A stretch of DNA of 64,000 nt from Candidatus Binatia bacterium (lineage in GTDB: Bacteria; Desulfobacterota; Binatia; HRBIN30), in assembly GCA_038245295.1 (NCBI GenBank), contig JBBRSP010000003.1, positions 160,001-224,000 on the forward strand, written 5' to 3'. The translations under genes and the position numbers were made by a program. The notes beneath the pieces were generated by a model that saw only the letters and a list, made by a program, of their open reading frames with translations, searched no databases and was not told the DNA's origin. This document shows positions 29,984 to 38,160 of the stretch, in pieces (the stretch's first letter is position 1; each line of letters starts with the position of its first letter).

Positions 29984-30511
29984 CTAGCGTCCCACCTTCA
30001 GATCGCGCAAGGCGGCGAGCGGCGAATCGCGGCTTGCCTCTTTGCAGGTACAACCCGCTTCATTCAGGTTGATGCCGCAGTTCGGGCACAGTCCCTTGCA
30101 GTCCTCGCTACACAGCGGCCGCGTCGGCAGCGCCAGGATGATCGGGTCATCGGCCATGGGGCCGATGTCGACGATATCGCCCTCGTAGTAGCTCAGTCCG
30201 ACTTCGTCGGCTTCCGCGACCACCGGTGTGCCGATGGCAGGACGCGGGAAAAGCACGTTGTGAAACCCGGTATTGATCTCGAAATCGTAGTTTTCGGTGC
30301 AACGCCCGCAGTGGCCGACGACGGGGACGTCGACCCTCCCATTGAAGAACAGCTCCTCGCCAGAGCGGTAATAGTCGAGTTTGATCTTGGCGCTGTGGAG
30401 GAACTCGAAATCGCGGGCGCCGTGGACGAGCCTCTCTTCGAGACTCGTTAGCGGCTGATCATAGACGAGGCGTTTTGGCGCCTCCTCGATTTCGTGGACG
30501 TTCAGTTTCAC
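29984..30511 (-). CDS. yceD: YceD/DUF177 protein
   Basis: CGRC and LCSEDCKGLCPNCG motifs; directly upstream of rpmF. Confidence 0.9.
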   Translation of the reverse strand: MKLNVHEIEEAPKRLVYDQPLTSLEERLVHGARDFEFLHSAKIKLDYYRSGEELFFNGRVDVPVVGHCGRCTENYDFEINTGFHNVLFPRPAIGTPVVAEADEVGLSYYEGDIVDIGPMADDPIILALPTRPLCSEDCKGLCPNCGINLNEAGCTCKEASRDSPLAALRDLKVGR

Positions 30512-30619
30512 CTTGCCAGTGCTCCAACACGGACCGCAGTGGCTAGCCAAGCCTTCCCGCAGCGTCAAGCAGCGGAGGCGCGGGGGGCAGGGCTTTCCAA
30601 GTCTGCTTGCACAGGGTCG

Positions 30620-30946
30620 TCAATCGCAGCCGCAAGAAATGTTCAACGCGTGACAGACGTCTCGCATTTTGTGCGGAGCCAAGCTTCCGACGTACTGATG
30701 CAGGTCGGACTGTCGTATGGTGAAGACATTCGTCAGGTTCACGCACGACACCTGCTTCAAGCCATCCTCGGGGCCGACTGCCACTTCGGTTGGGGCGCCG
30801 CGCAGGGTTGACGTGATGGCGGCCACCGTCACCGTGTGTAGAACCTTGAGGAGCGAGGAACGGCTGAGAATCAACACCGGCCTCCGGCGGTCGGGGCTCG
30901 GCAATTTCAGCATCCAGATTTCGCCGCGCGCTACCTCTCGGGCCAC
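30620..30946 (-). CDS. PemK/MazF-family toxin
   Basis: RGEIW..RRPVLILSR..ITS pattern, 108 aa, overlaps the upstream small gene. Confidence 0.9.
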   Translation of the reverse strand: MAREVARGEIWMLKLPSPDRRRPVLILSRSSLLKVLHTVTVAAITSTLRGAPTEVAVGPEDGLKQVSCVNLTNVFTIRQSDLHQYVGSLAPHKMRDVCHALNISCGCD

Positions 30947-31173
30947 TCCTGCACCTCGATCAAGTCTTCGATCTCCCCCAGCAGGTCACCGCCTTTTCCC
31001 GAGTATGCACGTCGGATGGCGAGATCGACGTCACGGCGTTCTTTCGCCCTGAGGTAGAGCTCGACGGCCGAACGAATGAAGGCCGACCTTCCCCGCTTCT
31101 TGGTCTCGGGGTCGGTGTCGATCCGCTTTAACAACGCCTTCTCGATCGATACCTGTACGGGCTGCGATGGCAT
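30931..31173 (-). CDS. Ribbon-helix-helix (CopG-like) antitoxin
   Basis: VQVSI..LLKRID..RSAFIRSAVELYL; upstream of and overlapping the toxin. Confidence 0.85.
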   Translation of the reverse strand: MPSQPVQVSIEKALLKRIDTDPETKKRGRSAFIRSAVELYLRAKERRDVDLAIRRAYSGKGGDLLGEIEDLIEVQEWPER

Positions 31174-31281
31174 GTTGGGACTATCCAGCAACATTCCTAA
31201 TGGGTCAACCCATCAGCCACGCATGACTGGACCTTCCGACGTGCTTCACTTTTCCCTGACCATCCGTTACAGCCGCGGGCG

Positions 31282-32010
31282 ATGGCGGCAGACCTGGTTC
31301 TCCTGGCGCAAGCGGTGGTGCGGCGTTTTTCGCATGTGACCGCGTTGAACGGCGTGTCGCTGTCGATCACGGCTGGTGAGAATGTGGCGTTGTTGGGGCC
31401 TAACGGTGCCGGCAAGAGCACCTTCTTGCGCACCGCGGCGACCCTATTGCAGCCGACGCGCGGCAGTCTGAGCCTCTTCGGTCTCGATGTGCGCACGCGC
31501 GGTGTCGCGGTGCGGCGCCGCATCGGCTTCCTCGGACACGACAGCTTCCTCTACCCTGACCTGACGCCGCGCGAGAATCTGGAGTTCTATGCGCGCATGT
31601 TTCGCCTGAGCGCGCCGGGCCCGCGCATCACCGAGTTACTAACGGACCTTGGTCTGACCGGCTGGGCCAATCGCCCTGTGCGCGGCCTGTCGCGCGGCTT
31701 GTCGCAGCGCTGCGCCCTGGCGCGGACGCTGTTGCACAGCCCCGATCTCTTGTTGCTCGACGAACCGTTCACCGGCCTCGACGTGGATGCCGCCGATGCT
31801 CTCGAGTCGCGGTTGCAGCAGGCGAGCCGCGAAGGGACGACGGTCATGCTGGCGACGCACGACCTCGAGCGCGCCGAGCGTGTGTGTAATCGCGTCATTG
31901 TTCTGCAGCGCGGCCGCGTTGCCGGCGACGAGGCGATGTCGAAGGACGAGACGTTGGCGCGCGTCTACACGCGCCTGGCACATTCAGCACCGCCGGAAGA
32001 CCAAGCATGA
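31282..32010 (+). CDS. ccmA: Heme exporter ABC ATPase
   Basis: GPNGAGKST Walker A, LSRG signature, LLDEPF Walker B; upstream of ccmBC. Confidence 0.9.
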   Translation: MAADLVLLAQAVVRRFSHVTALNGVSLSITAGENVALLGPNGAGKSTFLRTAATLLQPTRGSLSLFGLDVRTRGVAVRRRIGFLGHDSFLYPDLTPRENLEFYARMFRLSAPGPRITELLTDLGLTGWANRPVRGLSRGLSQRCALARTLLHSPDLLLLDEPFTGLDVDAADALESRLQQASREGTTVMLATHDLERAERVCNRVIVLQRGRVAGDEAMSKDETLARVYTRLAHSAPPEDQA

Positions 32011-32017
32011 GGCCGTC

Positions 32018-32677
32018 GTGCTGGCGTTGATCCGCAAAGAGATCCTCCTCGAGATGCGCACCAAGGAGACCCTGTCGGCCGCCTGGCTGTTGGGGATCCT
32101 GACGCTGCTCGTGCTCAGCCTGGCGTTCGATCCGACCAGCGAGTTACGCCCGCAGGCCGCCCCCGGGGCACTGTGGGTGGCGACGCTGTTTGCTTCCGTG
32201 TTGGGGCTCAGTCGCTCGTTCTTGCCCGAGCGCGACAATGGCTGCATGCACGGCCTGCTGCTCTGTCCGGTCGAGCGCAGCACTTTGTTTCTCGGCAAGG
32301 CGATCAGCACTCTGATCTTCCTCTCGCTGGCGCAAGTCATTCTGTTTCCGGTGTTTGTCCTGTTCTTCAACGTCAGCGTGACGCCGTCGCTCGGCTGGGT
32401 AGTCCTGGTTCTCTTTCTCGGCCTCGTCGGCATGTCGGCGCTCGGCACGTTGTTCGGCGCCATCAGCATTCAGTTGCGGGCTCGTGAGGTCATGCTGCCG
32501 CTACTGTTGATGCCGTTGTTGATCCCGCTGTTGATCGCCGGGGTTCAGGCGACGGCGCATCTACTGAGTGGTAAGGACATCTCCGGAACCATGAACTGGG
32601 TCAACCTGATGATCGGCTTTGATGTCGGCGCCGCGGTTGTTGCGTGGTTGCTGTTCGAATATGTTGTCGAAGAGTAG
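32018..32677 (+). CDS. ccmB: Heme exporter permease
   Basis: F.PERDNG..GLLL.P, REVMLPLLLMPL; GTG start with GAGG SD. Confidence 0.9.
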   Translation: MLALIRKEILLEMRTKETLSAAWLLGILTLLVLSLAFDPTSELRPQAAPGALWVATLFASVLGLSRSFLPERDNGCMHGLLLCPVERSTLFLGKAISTLIFLSLAQVILFPVFVLFFNVSVTPSLGWVVLVLFLGLVGMSALGTLFGAISIQLRAREVMLPLLLMPLLIPLLIAGVQATAHLLSGKDISGTMNWVNLMIGFDVGAAVVAWLLFEYVVEE

Positions 32678-32680
32678 GAT

Positions 32681-33391
32681 GTGACGCAGATGCACAAGAA
32701 GACGTCCGACACAGTCGAAGATATTCTCACCGTCGTCACCGGCATCGTGATGCTGTTGGCGATCTACATGGTCTTCATCTACGTGCCCAACGACAAAGTT
32801 CAGGGCATGGTACAGCGCATTTTCTACTTTCACGTCTCGTTGGCGATCCATACCTTCGTAGCCTTCGGGGCGGTTGCCTTGTTCTCGATTCTCTTCCTCT
32901 GGAAGGGCACGCGCGTCTGGGATCGTCTGGCGCACGCCAGCGCTGAAGCCGGGATGTTGTTGTGCTCGCTCGTGCTGATCACCGGTCCGATCTGGGCCAA
33001 GCCGATCTGGGGCGCCTGGTGGACCTGGGATGCGCGCCTGACGACCACGTTGATTCTGTGGCTGATCTACGGCGGCTATTTGATGCTGCGCTCGGCGACG
33101 GGAACGACGGGGCAGGGGGCACGCTACGCGGCAATTCTTGGAATCGTCGGGGCGTTTGACATCCCGATCATCAATCGCTCGGTGTACTGGTGGCGGACGA
33201 TTCACCCCGCTGTGCTGGTCACGCGCGAGGGCGGCTCGGGGTTGTCCGATCCGCGCATGCAGTCGGCCTTTGGCGTGTGTATGCTGGCGTTTGCGCTGTT
33301 GCTGGTCGTGTTGATCATGGTTCGCAATCGGCAGGCGCGTGTCGCCGATGCGATCGAAGAGTTGCACCTGCTTGTCACTCCGTCGTCGTGA
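32681..33391 (+). CDS. ccmC: Heme exporter CcmC
   Basis: RIFYFHV, WAKPIWGAWWTWDARLT (WWD domain), WWRTIHP. Confidence 0.95.
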   Translation: MTQMHKKTSDTVEDILTVVTGIVMLLAIYMVFIYVPNDKVQGMVQRIFYFHVSLAIHTFVAFGAVALFSILFLWKGTRVWDRLAHASAEAGMLLCSLVLITGPIWAKPIWGAWWTWDARLTTTLILWLIYGGYLMLRSATGTTGQGARYAAILGIVGAFDIPIINRSVYWWRTIHPAVLVTREGGSGLSDPRMQSAFGVCMLAFALLLVVLIMVRNRQARVADAIEELHLLVTPSS

Positions 33392-33414
33392 GCAGAGTCT
33401 TGTAGAGGTGATGA

Positions 33415-33564
33415 ATGGATAACCTGGGATACTTGTTTGCGGCCTACTCGACCGTTTGGATTTTTCTGTTCATCTATCTCGTCACGCTGGCGCGGCGAAA
33501 TCGCGCCCTCGAGCGCGAGGTCGAAGAGTTGCGCGAGTTGGTGCGCCAGCAGACCGGGCGCTGA
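33415..33564 (+). CDS. ccmD: CcmD, 49 aa (missing from the ORF track)
   Basis: MDNLGYLFAAYSTVWIFLFIYLVTLARRNRALEREVEELRE: one TM plus charged coil right after ccmC; GAGG SD. Confidence 0.88.
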   Translation: MDNLGYLFAAYSTVWIFLFIYLVTLARRNRALEREVEELRELVRQQTGR

Positions 33565-33591
33565 GCCGGCGCATCCTTCGGAGGACTAGTC

Positions 33592-33885
33592 ATTCCGCAA
33601 CTCACTCTCACAGGTAAACAGCGCAAGGCGTTACGTGGGCTGGCGCACAACCTTGAGCCGGTGGTTCAGATCGGCAAACAAGGAGTCTCGGAACCGGCTC
33701 AACTCGCCGTCGATGAAGCACTGACGGCGCACGAGCTGATCAAAGTCCGCCTACACGAGCCGGACGATAAGAAGGCTATGGCTGCAGCGCTGGCCGATAC
33801 TGCCAATGCGGCGCTATGCGGCCTGGTCGGCCACACCGTCATCCTGTTCCGTCCACACCCCGAGAAGCCGCGCATCAAGACCTGA
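33592..33885 (+). CDS. yhbY: YhbY/CRM-domain RNA-binding ribosome assembly factor (probable ATT start)
   Basis: LTGKQRKALRGLAHNLEPVVQIGK..HELIKV..VGHTVILFR; GGAGG 7 nt upstream of ATT 33592. Confidence 0.9.
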   Translation: MPQLTLTGKQRKALRGLAHNLEPVVQIGKQGVSEPAQLAVDEALTAHELIKVRLHEPDDKKAMAAALADTANAALCGLVGHTVILFRPHPEKPRIKT

Positions 33886-34040
33886 CGCGGGCTCAAACTC
33901 CGCGCAGAACGACAAATCGACGGCACCGCGCACCCGGCACGCCGGACCCTGCCCAATGAGGCATTTCGCAAAGCGTCGCCCCCGCGCCAGACGCACCAGG
34001 AAGCCCCAGGATCGACGATCAGCGACCAGGACGACCCTAC

Positions 34041-35720
34041 CTAGTTCCCCTCTCAGAACTTCAACTGTTTGAAATAATTAAGAAAAGAGAAAAGATCGAG
34101 GGTGAAGTCGGGGCGTTCTCCTTTTTGTTGTGATATCAAGAATTCACCACAAACCATTGATATCAAAAAGGAAAACAACCCCGATGCGAGACAGCCTACG
34201 CAAACAACTCTCACTTGTCGAGCCAGCCATCGAACACGAGCACGCTGGTGAGCTGCGGCAGATCGGTCGTCTGATAGACCAACACCCCGAGATAGCCGAG
34301 CTTGTCCATGCCGATCTCATTCGCGGCCTGAGCAACCCAGATAGTGGACGGCGCGGGAAGATGAGCGCCGAGCAGGTGCTCATGGCGCTGTTGATCAAGC
34401 AGATGAACGACTTCAGCTACGAATTGCTCGCGTATCACTTGGCCGATTCCAGAACCTACCGAGCGGTATGCGGGTTTGGCATCGGCGACAAGAGCCCATC
34501 GGACAAAACGCTCCAACGCGACATCAAGAAGGTCAACGCAAATACGCTTGAGGCGATCAATCGAATCTTGTTGGCGATTGCGGCAGCCACGGGTATCGAA
34601 AAGGGCCGCATGGTGCGCGTCGACTGCACGGTGGTGGAATCCAACATCCACCACCCCACCGATTCGTCGCTGCTGTGGGATTGCGTGCGAGTATTGAGCC
34701 GCTGGACCCAGCGCGCCACGGAGATCTCCGAGGTGATCGTCACCGATCACTGTCGGCGGGCCAAGAGACGAGCGTTGGGAATTCTCAATGCGCGCACCAA
34801 CAAGGAGCGCAAGAAACTGTATCGGGACCTGCTCAAAGTCGCCCACAAGACGCTCGACGATGGCCAACGAGTCCGCGCGGCACTCAAAGGTGGGCCGACA
34901 ACCGATCCACTCAAAGCCATGGTTATCGAAGGGCAGTTGCAACACTACTCGGCGCTGGCCAGGCAGGTCATTACGCAGACCGAAAGGCGAGTGCTGGGAG
35001 GCGAATCCTTGTCGCCACAGGACAAGATCGTATCGATCTTCGAGCCTCACACCGACATCATCATCAAAGATCGGCGCGACATCTTGTTCGGCCACAAGGT
35101 GACTATCACCGGCGGAGTCTCCGGGCTGCTGACCGATTTGGTGATCGAGCAAGGCAATCCAGCCGATGTGACGTTGGCGCAACGCATGATGACTCGTCAG
35201 CGGGAGATCTTCGGTCGGGTGCCGCGTCAGGCCGCCTTCGATGGCGGCTTCGCATCGAAAGAGAACCTGGCGGCGATCAAGACACTCGGTGTGAACGATG
35301 TCGCCTTCGCCAAGAAGCGCGGACTGGCCATCACGGAGATGGCCAAGAGCACCTGGGTCTACAAGAAGCTGCGCAACTTCCGGGCGGGAATCGAGGGGAT
35401 GATCTCTTTTCTCAAGCGATGCTTCGCCATGGGCCGTTGCACCTGGCGCGGCCTCGCATCGTTCCAAGCCTATGCCTGGTCCTCAGTGCTAACCGCGAAC
35501 TTTCTACTCGTCGCCCGCCGCTCCCCCACGTAGTCGACTTTGGCCCCTTCCGGAGTGATCGGACCGTTGAAAAGATTGGGGAATCTTCGGAGCGAGGAGT
35601 CAGATCGGGCCGCGATCCGTGTTGGGTCGAACCGCCCAGAGCCCTCCGTCGTATAAATGAAGAAAGGCACCTCGCGCCGTCTCGGCGGCTGGCGCGGCAG
35701 ATGATGGTCATGCTAGCTAG
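34041..35720 (+). mobile_element. Insertion sequence (ISNCY/IS5-like DDE type); boundaries approximate
   Basis: Intact transposase, AT-rich upstream segment, CTAG at 34041 and CTAGCTAG at 35713-35720; no clean terminal inverted repeats identified. Confidence 0.6.
34184..35533 (+). CDS. DDE transposase (ISNCY-type)
   Basis: RVDCTVVESNIHHPTDSSLL, KIVSIFEPH, DGGF, RAGIEGMISFLKR. Confidence 0.93.
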   Translation: MRDSLRKQLSLVEPAIEHEHAGELRQIGRLIDQHPEIAELVHADLIRGLSNPDSGRRGKMSAEQVLMALLIKQMNDFSYELLAYHLADSRTYRAVCGFGIGDKSPSDKTLQRDIKKVNANTLEAINRILLAIAAATGIEKGRMVRVDCTVVESNIHHPTDSSLLWDCVRVLSRWTQRATEISEVIVTDHCRRAKRRALGILNARTNKERKKLYRDLLKVAHKTLDDGQRVRAALKGGPTTDPLKAMVIEGQLQHYSALARQVITQTERRVLGGESLSPQDKIVSIFEPHTDIIIKDRRDILFGHKVTITGGVSGLLTDLVIEQGNPADVTLAQRMMTRQREIFGRVPRQAAFDGGFASKENLAAIKTLGVNDVAFAKKRGLAITEMAKSTWVYKKLRNFRAGIEGMISFLKRCFAMGRCTWRGLASFQAYAWSSVLTANFLLVARRSPT

Positions 35721-35726
35721 CGCCGC

Positions 35727-35942
35727 GTGCCGCTCGAAAAGGTTCGATGCCCTACCTGTCGCGCCGAGACTCCCTGGCAGGGAAATGCCTTCCGGCCGTT
35801 CTGCTCGGCGCGGTGCAAGATGCAGGACCTGCTCAATTGGGACACCGAGCGCTACCGCGTTCCCGGCCCCTCCGCCGAGGTCGAATCCGACGCGGAGATG
35901 GTGCGGTCGCGAGATGACGACGACGAGCCGACGCGGCACTGA
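35727..35942 (+). CDS. yacG: DNA gyrase inhibitor YacG
   Basis: CPTC..FRPFCSARC..DLLNW..YRVP with acidic tail. Confidence 0.92.
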   Translation: MPLEKVRCPTCRAETPWQGNAFRPFCSARCKMQDLLNWDTERYRVPGPSAEVESDAEMVRSRDDDDEPTRH

Positions 35943-35961
35943 CGATCAACAAGAGCCCTGA

Positions 35962-36759
35962 ATGCCGATTCATCCAACCGCGATCATCGACGCGCGCGCC
36001 GAAATTGATTCTACCGCCGAGATCGGTCCGTATGTCGTCGTCGACGGCGCCGTGCGCATCGGGCCACGCACACGGGTGATGGCTCAAGCGACGATTCTTG
36101 GCTGGACCGAGCTTGGCGCCGACAACGTCGTCCACCCCACCGCGGTTCTCGGCGGCGATCCGCAGGATCTGAAATACGCCGGGGCGCCGACCTATCTACG
36201 CATTGGTGATCGCAACGTCTTCCGCGAGCACATGCAGGTGCATCGCGGCACGGCGCCGGAGAGCGCTACGGTGATCGGCAACGACAATTACTTCATGGCG
36301 GCGTCGCATGTCGCGCACAACTGTCACATCGGCAACCAGGTGATCTTGGTGAACGGCTCGATGCTGGGCGGGCATGTGGAAGTGAACGACCAGGCGATCA
36401 TCTCGGGCAACTGCACGGTGCACCAGTTCTGTCGCGTCGGACGCTTGTCGATGATGCGCGGCATGAGTCGCTCGAGTCGTGATGTGCCGCCATTCTGCAT
36501 CCTGGATGAGTTGCACGTGGTGCGTGGCATCAATCGGGTCGGGCTCAGACGCGCCGGTATGAGTGTCGAACGCATCCGCGCTATTCAGCGTGCCTTCGCG
36601 CGCTTGTTCGGCAGCGCCGGCAATCTCAGCTTGCGGGTTGCGGCGTTGGAAGAGGGCGAGGTGAGCGACGATGTGCGTGAGCTCATCGACTTCATCCGCG
36701 GCTCTAAGCGCGGCGTCGCGGCTGGCCCACGGCAGCGCCAGGTTCAAAGCGACGACTGA
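35962..36759 (+). CDS. lpxA: Acyl-ACP--UDP-N-acetylglucosamine O-acyltransferase
   Basis: IHPTAII hexapeptide repeats, PQDLKY, HRGT, HVAHNC catalytic His region, VHQF. Confidence 0.9.
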   Translation: MPIHPTAIIDARAEIDSTAEIGPYVVVDGAVRIGPRTRVMAQATILGWTELGADNVVHPTAVLGGDPQDLKYAGAPTYLRIGDRNVFREHMQVHRGTAPESATVIGNDNYFMAASHVAHNCHIGNQVILVNGSMLGGHVEVNDQAIISGNCTVHQFCRVGRLSMMRGMSRSSRDVPPFCILDELHVVRGINRVGLRRAGMSVERIRAIQRAFARLFGSAGNLSLRVAALEEGEVSDDVRELIDFIRGSKRGVAAGPRQRQVQSDD

Positions 36760-36771
36760 CGTCGCCGGTGC

Positions 36772-37425
36772 TCAGGAGCGCGGATCGATGCGCCGCCCGC
36801 CGAGGTAGCGAGCGGTGTAGTAGGGTTGGTTCAACGAATCGACTTGTACGCGACCCCCCGCACTCGTGGCGTGGATGAACTTGTCCTCACCGCAGTAGAT
36901 GCCGACGTGGCTGGCGTCGCGGCGATACGTGTGGAAGAAAACCAGATCGCCCGGCTTCAGGTCGCTGCGCGACACGAAGTCGCCGTGGCCGAACTGATCG
37001 CGAGCCGAATGGGGTAGGTCGACACCAACTTCGGCGAACACCGAGCGGACAAACCCGGAGCAATCGTAGGCACCGCCATCGGCGCCGAAGCGGTAGGGTA
37101 AACCGAGAAACTGTTGCGCGACATCGAGGACCGGATGATCGGTCGCCGCTTCCGGCATGACCAGCTTGGCCGGATCGCGTTCCCGAGGCATCGCCAGACG
37201 GTTGTCGTGACGGCCCTTCTTCTTATGCGCTTCCTGCTTGCGCTTCGAACTCTTGCCCTTGGCTGAGCCGGCGCCACCCTTGTGCTTGGGAGGCTTGGTG
37301 TATTTCGTCTGTTTGTCGTGCTGACGTGCGGTCGCCAGACCGAACGACGAAAGGAGGATCCCGAGCGCCGCCGTGAGTACGGTGACGGCGCGAAGCCAAC
37401 GGTGGTACCTGTCGCGAAGTGGCAT
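36772..37425 (-). CDS. NlpC/P60 cell-wall peptidase with Lys-rich N-terminal region
   Basis: Signal peptide, YDCSG, PGDLVFF, HVGIY, FIHA. Confidence 0.92.
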   Translation of the reverse strand: MPLRDRYHRWLRAVTVLTAALGILLSSFGLATARQHDKQTKYTKPPKHKGGAGSAKGKSSKRKQEAHKKKGRHDNRLAMPRERDPAKLVMPEAATDHPVLDVAQQFLGLPYRFGADGGAYDCSGFVRSVFAEVGVDLPHSARDQFGHGDFVSRSDLKPGDLVFFHTYRRDASHVGIYCGEDKFIHATSAGGRVQVDSLNQPYYTARYLGGRRIDPRS

Positions 37426-37722
37426 TCTCTACCTTAAGCGCCTTTCCTCGCGCCAACCGAATCGGATGGCGTTCAAATGTTTGTTCACCGCAGGTCCCAC
37501 TACGGTGTCGCGGCTGCCTAACAAGTTGGCACCAGCATGACAACCCATCGTCGCCAGTGAGACGACCTCCGGAGCGCGGCGCTCCGCACCGCCCGGTGGC
37601 GGTTCGAAATGCAGCTCGCGGGCGCCACGGAATGGCGTGCTTCGAATGAGGCTTGCGTCGCAGGTGCGATTGCTAAGCTTGCTTGAAAGGACGCTGCTAT
37701 TCCTTTAGCGTGCTGGAAGTAT

Positions 37723-38160
37723 ATGAATCGTAATCTACGTTTTGCGGTTGCGGCCGCTCTCTTGGTCGGAACGGTTGCCTATCTCATGTATACCGGAGTG
37801 ACGCAGACCTCGGTGTATTACCTCACGATCGACGAGTTCCTCGTGAAGAAAGACACCCTCGTGAACGAAGGTGTGCGGGTCGCCGGGCGTGTACAGACCG
37901 GCAGTGTCACCCGCCGCATGACCAACAGCGGCGAGGAGCTCAACTTCCGCCTTGCTGACTTCAAAGGGGATACGAAGGGCGACAGCGTCGCGGTGCACTA
38001 CATCGGCGTGACTCCTGATATGTTCAAGTCCGAAGGCGGCTCCGATGTGATCGTCGAAGGCAAATACGTCGACGGCACGTTGCGCGCCCACAATCTGCTC
38101 ACCTCGTGCCCGTCGAAATACGAAGCGGAAGCGGGGGCATCGGCCCCGTCGGGAGAATAG
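37723..38160 (+). CDS. ccmE: Heme chaperone CcmE (CxxxY variant)
   Basis: N-terminal anchor, YYLT, VRVAGRV, PDMF..VIVEG, CPSKY. Confidence 0.92.
   Translation: MNRNLRFAVAAALLVGTVAYLMYTGVTQTSVYYLTIDEFLVKKDTLVNEGVRVAGRVQTGSVTRRMTNSGEELNFRLADFKGDTKGDSVAVHYIGVTPDMFKSEGGSDVIVEGKYVDGTLRAHNLLTSCPSKYEAEAGASAPSGE

Noticed and set aside
32007..32030. Frameshift at the ccmB start (the ATGA overlap frame closes after 7 codons)
   Set aside because: An in-frame GTG at 32018 with a GAGG SD gives a full-length CcmB, so no frameshift is needed
34211..35961. 418-aa minus and 428-aa plus ORFs overlapping the transposase
   Set aside because: Alternative-frame shadows with low-complexity composition and no domain signal
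37426..37722. Riboswitch or sigma54 promoter between nlpC and ccmE
   Set aside because: No c-di-GMP or c-di-AMP consensus recognised; TGGCAC is present but lacks a properly spaced TTGC
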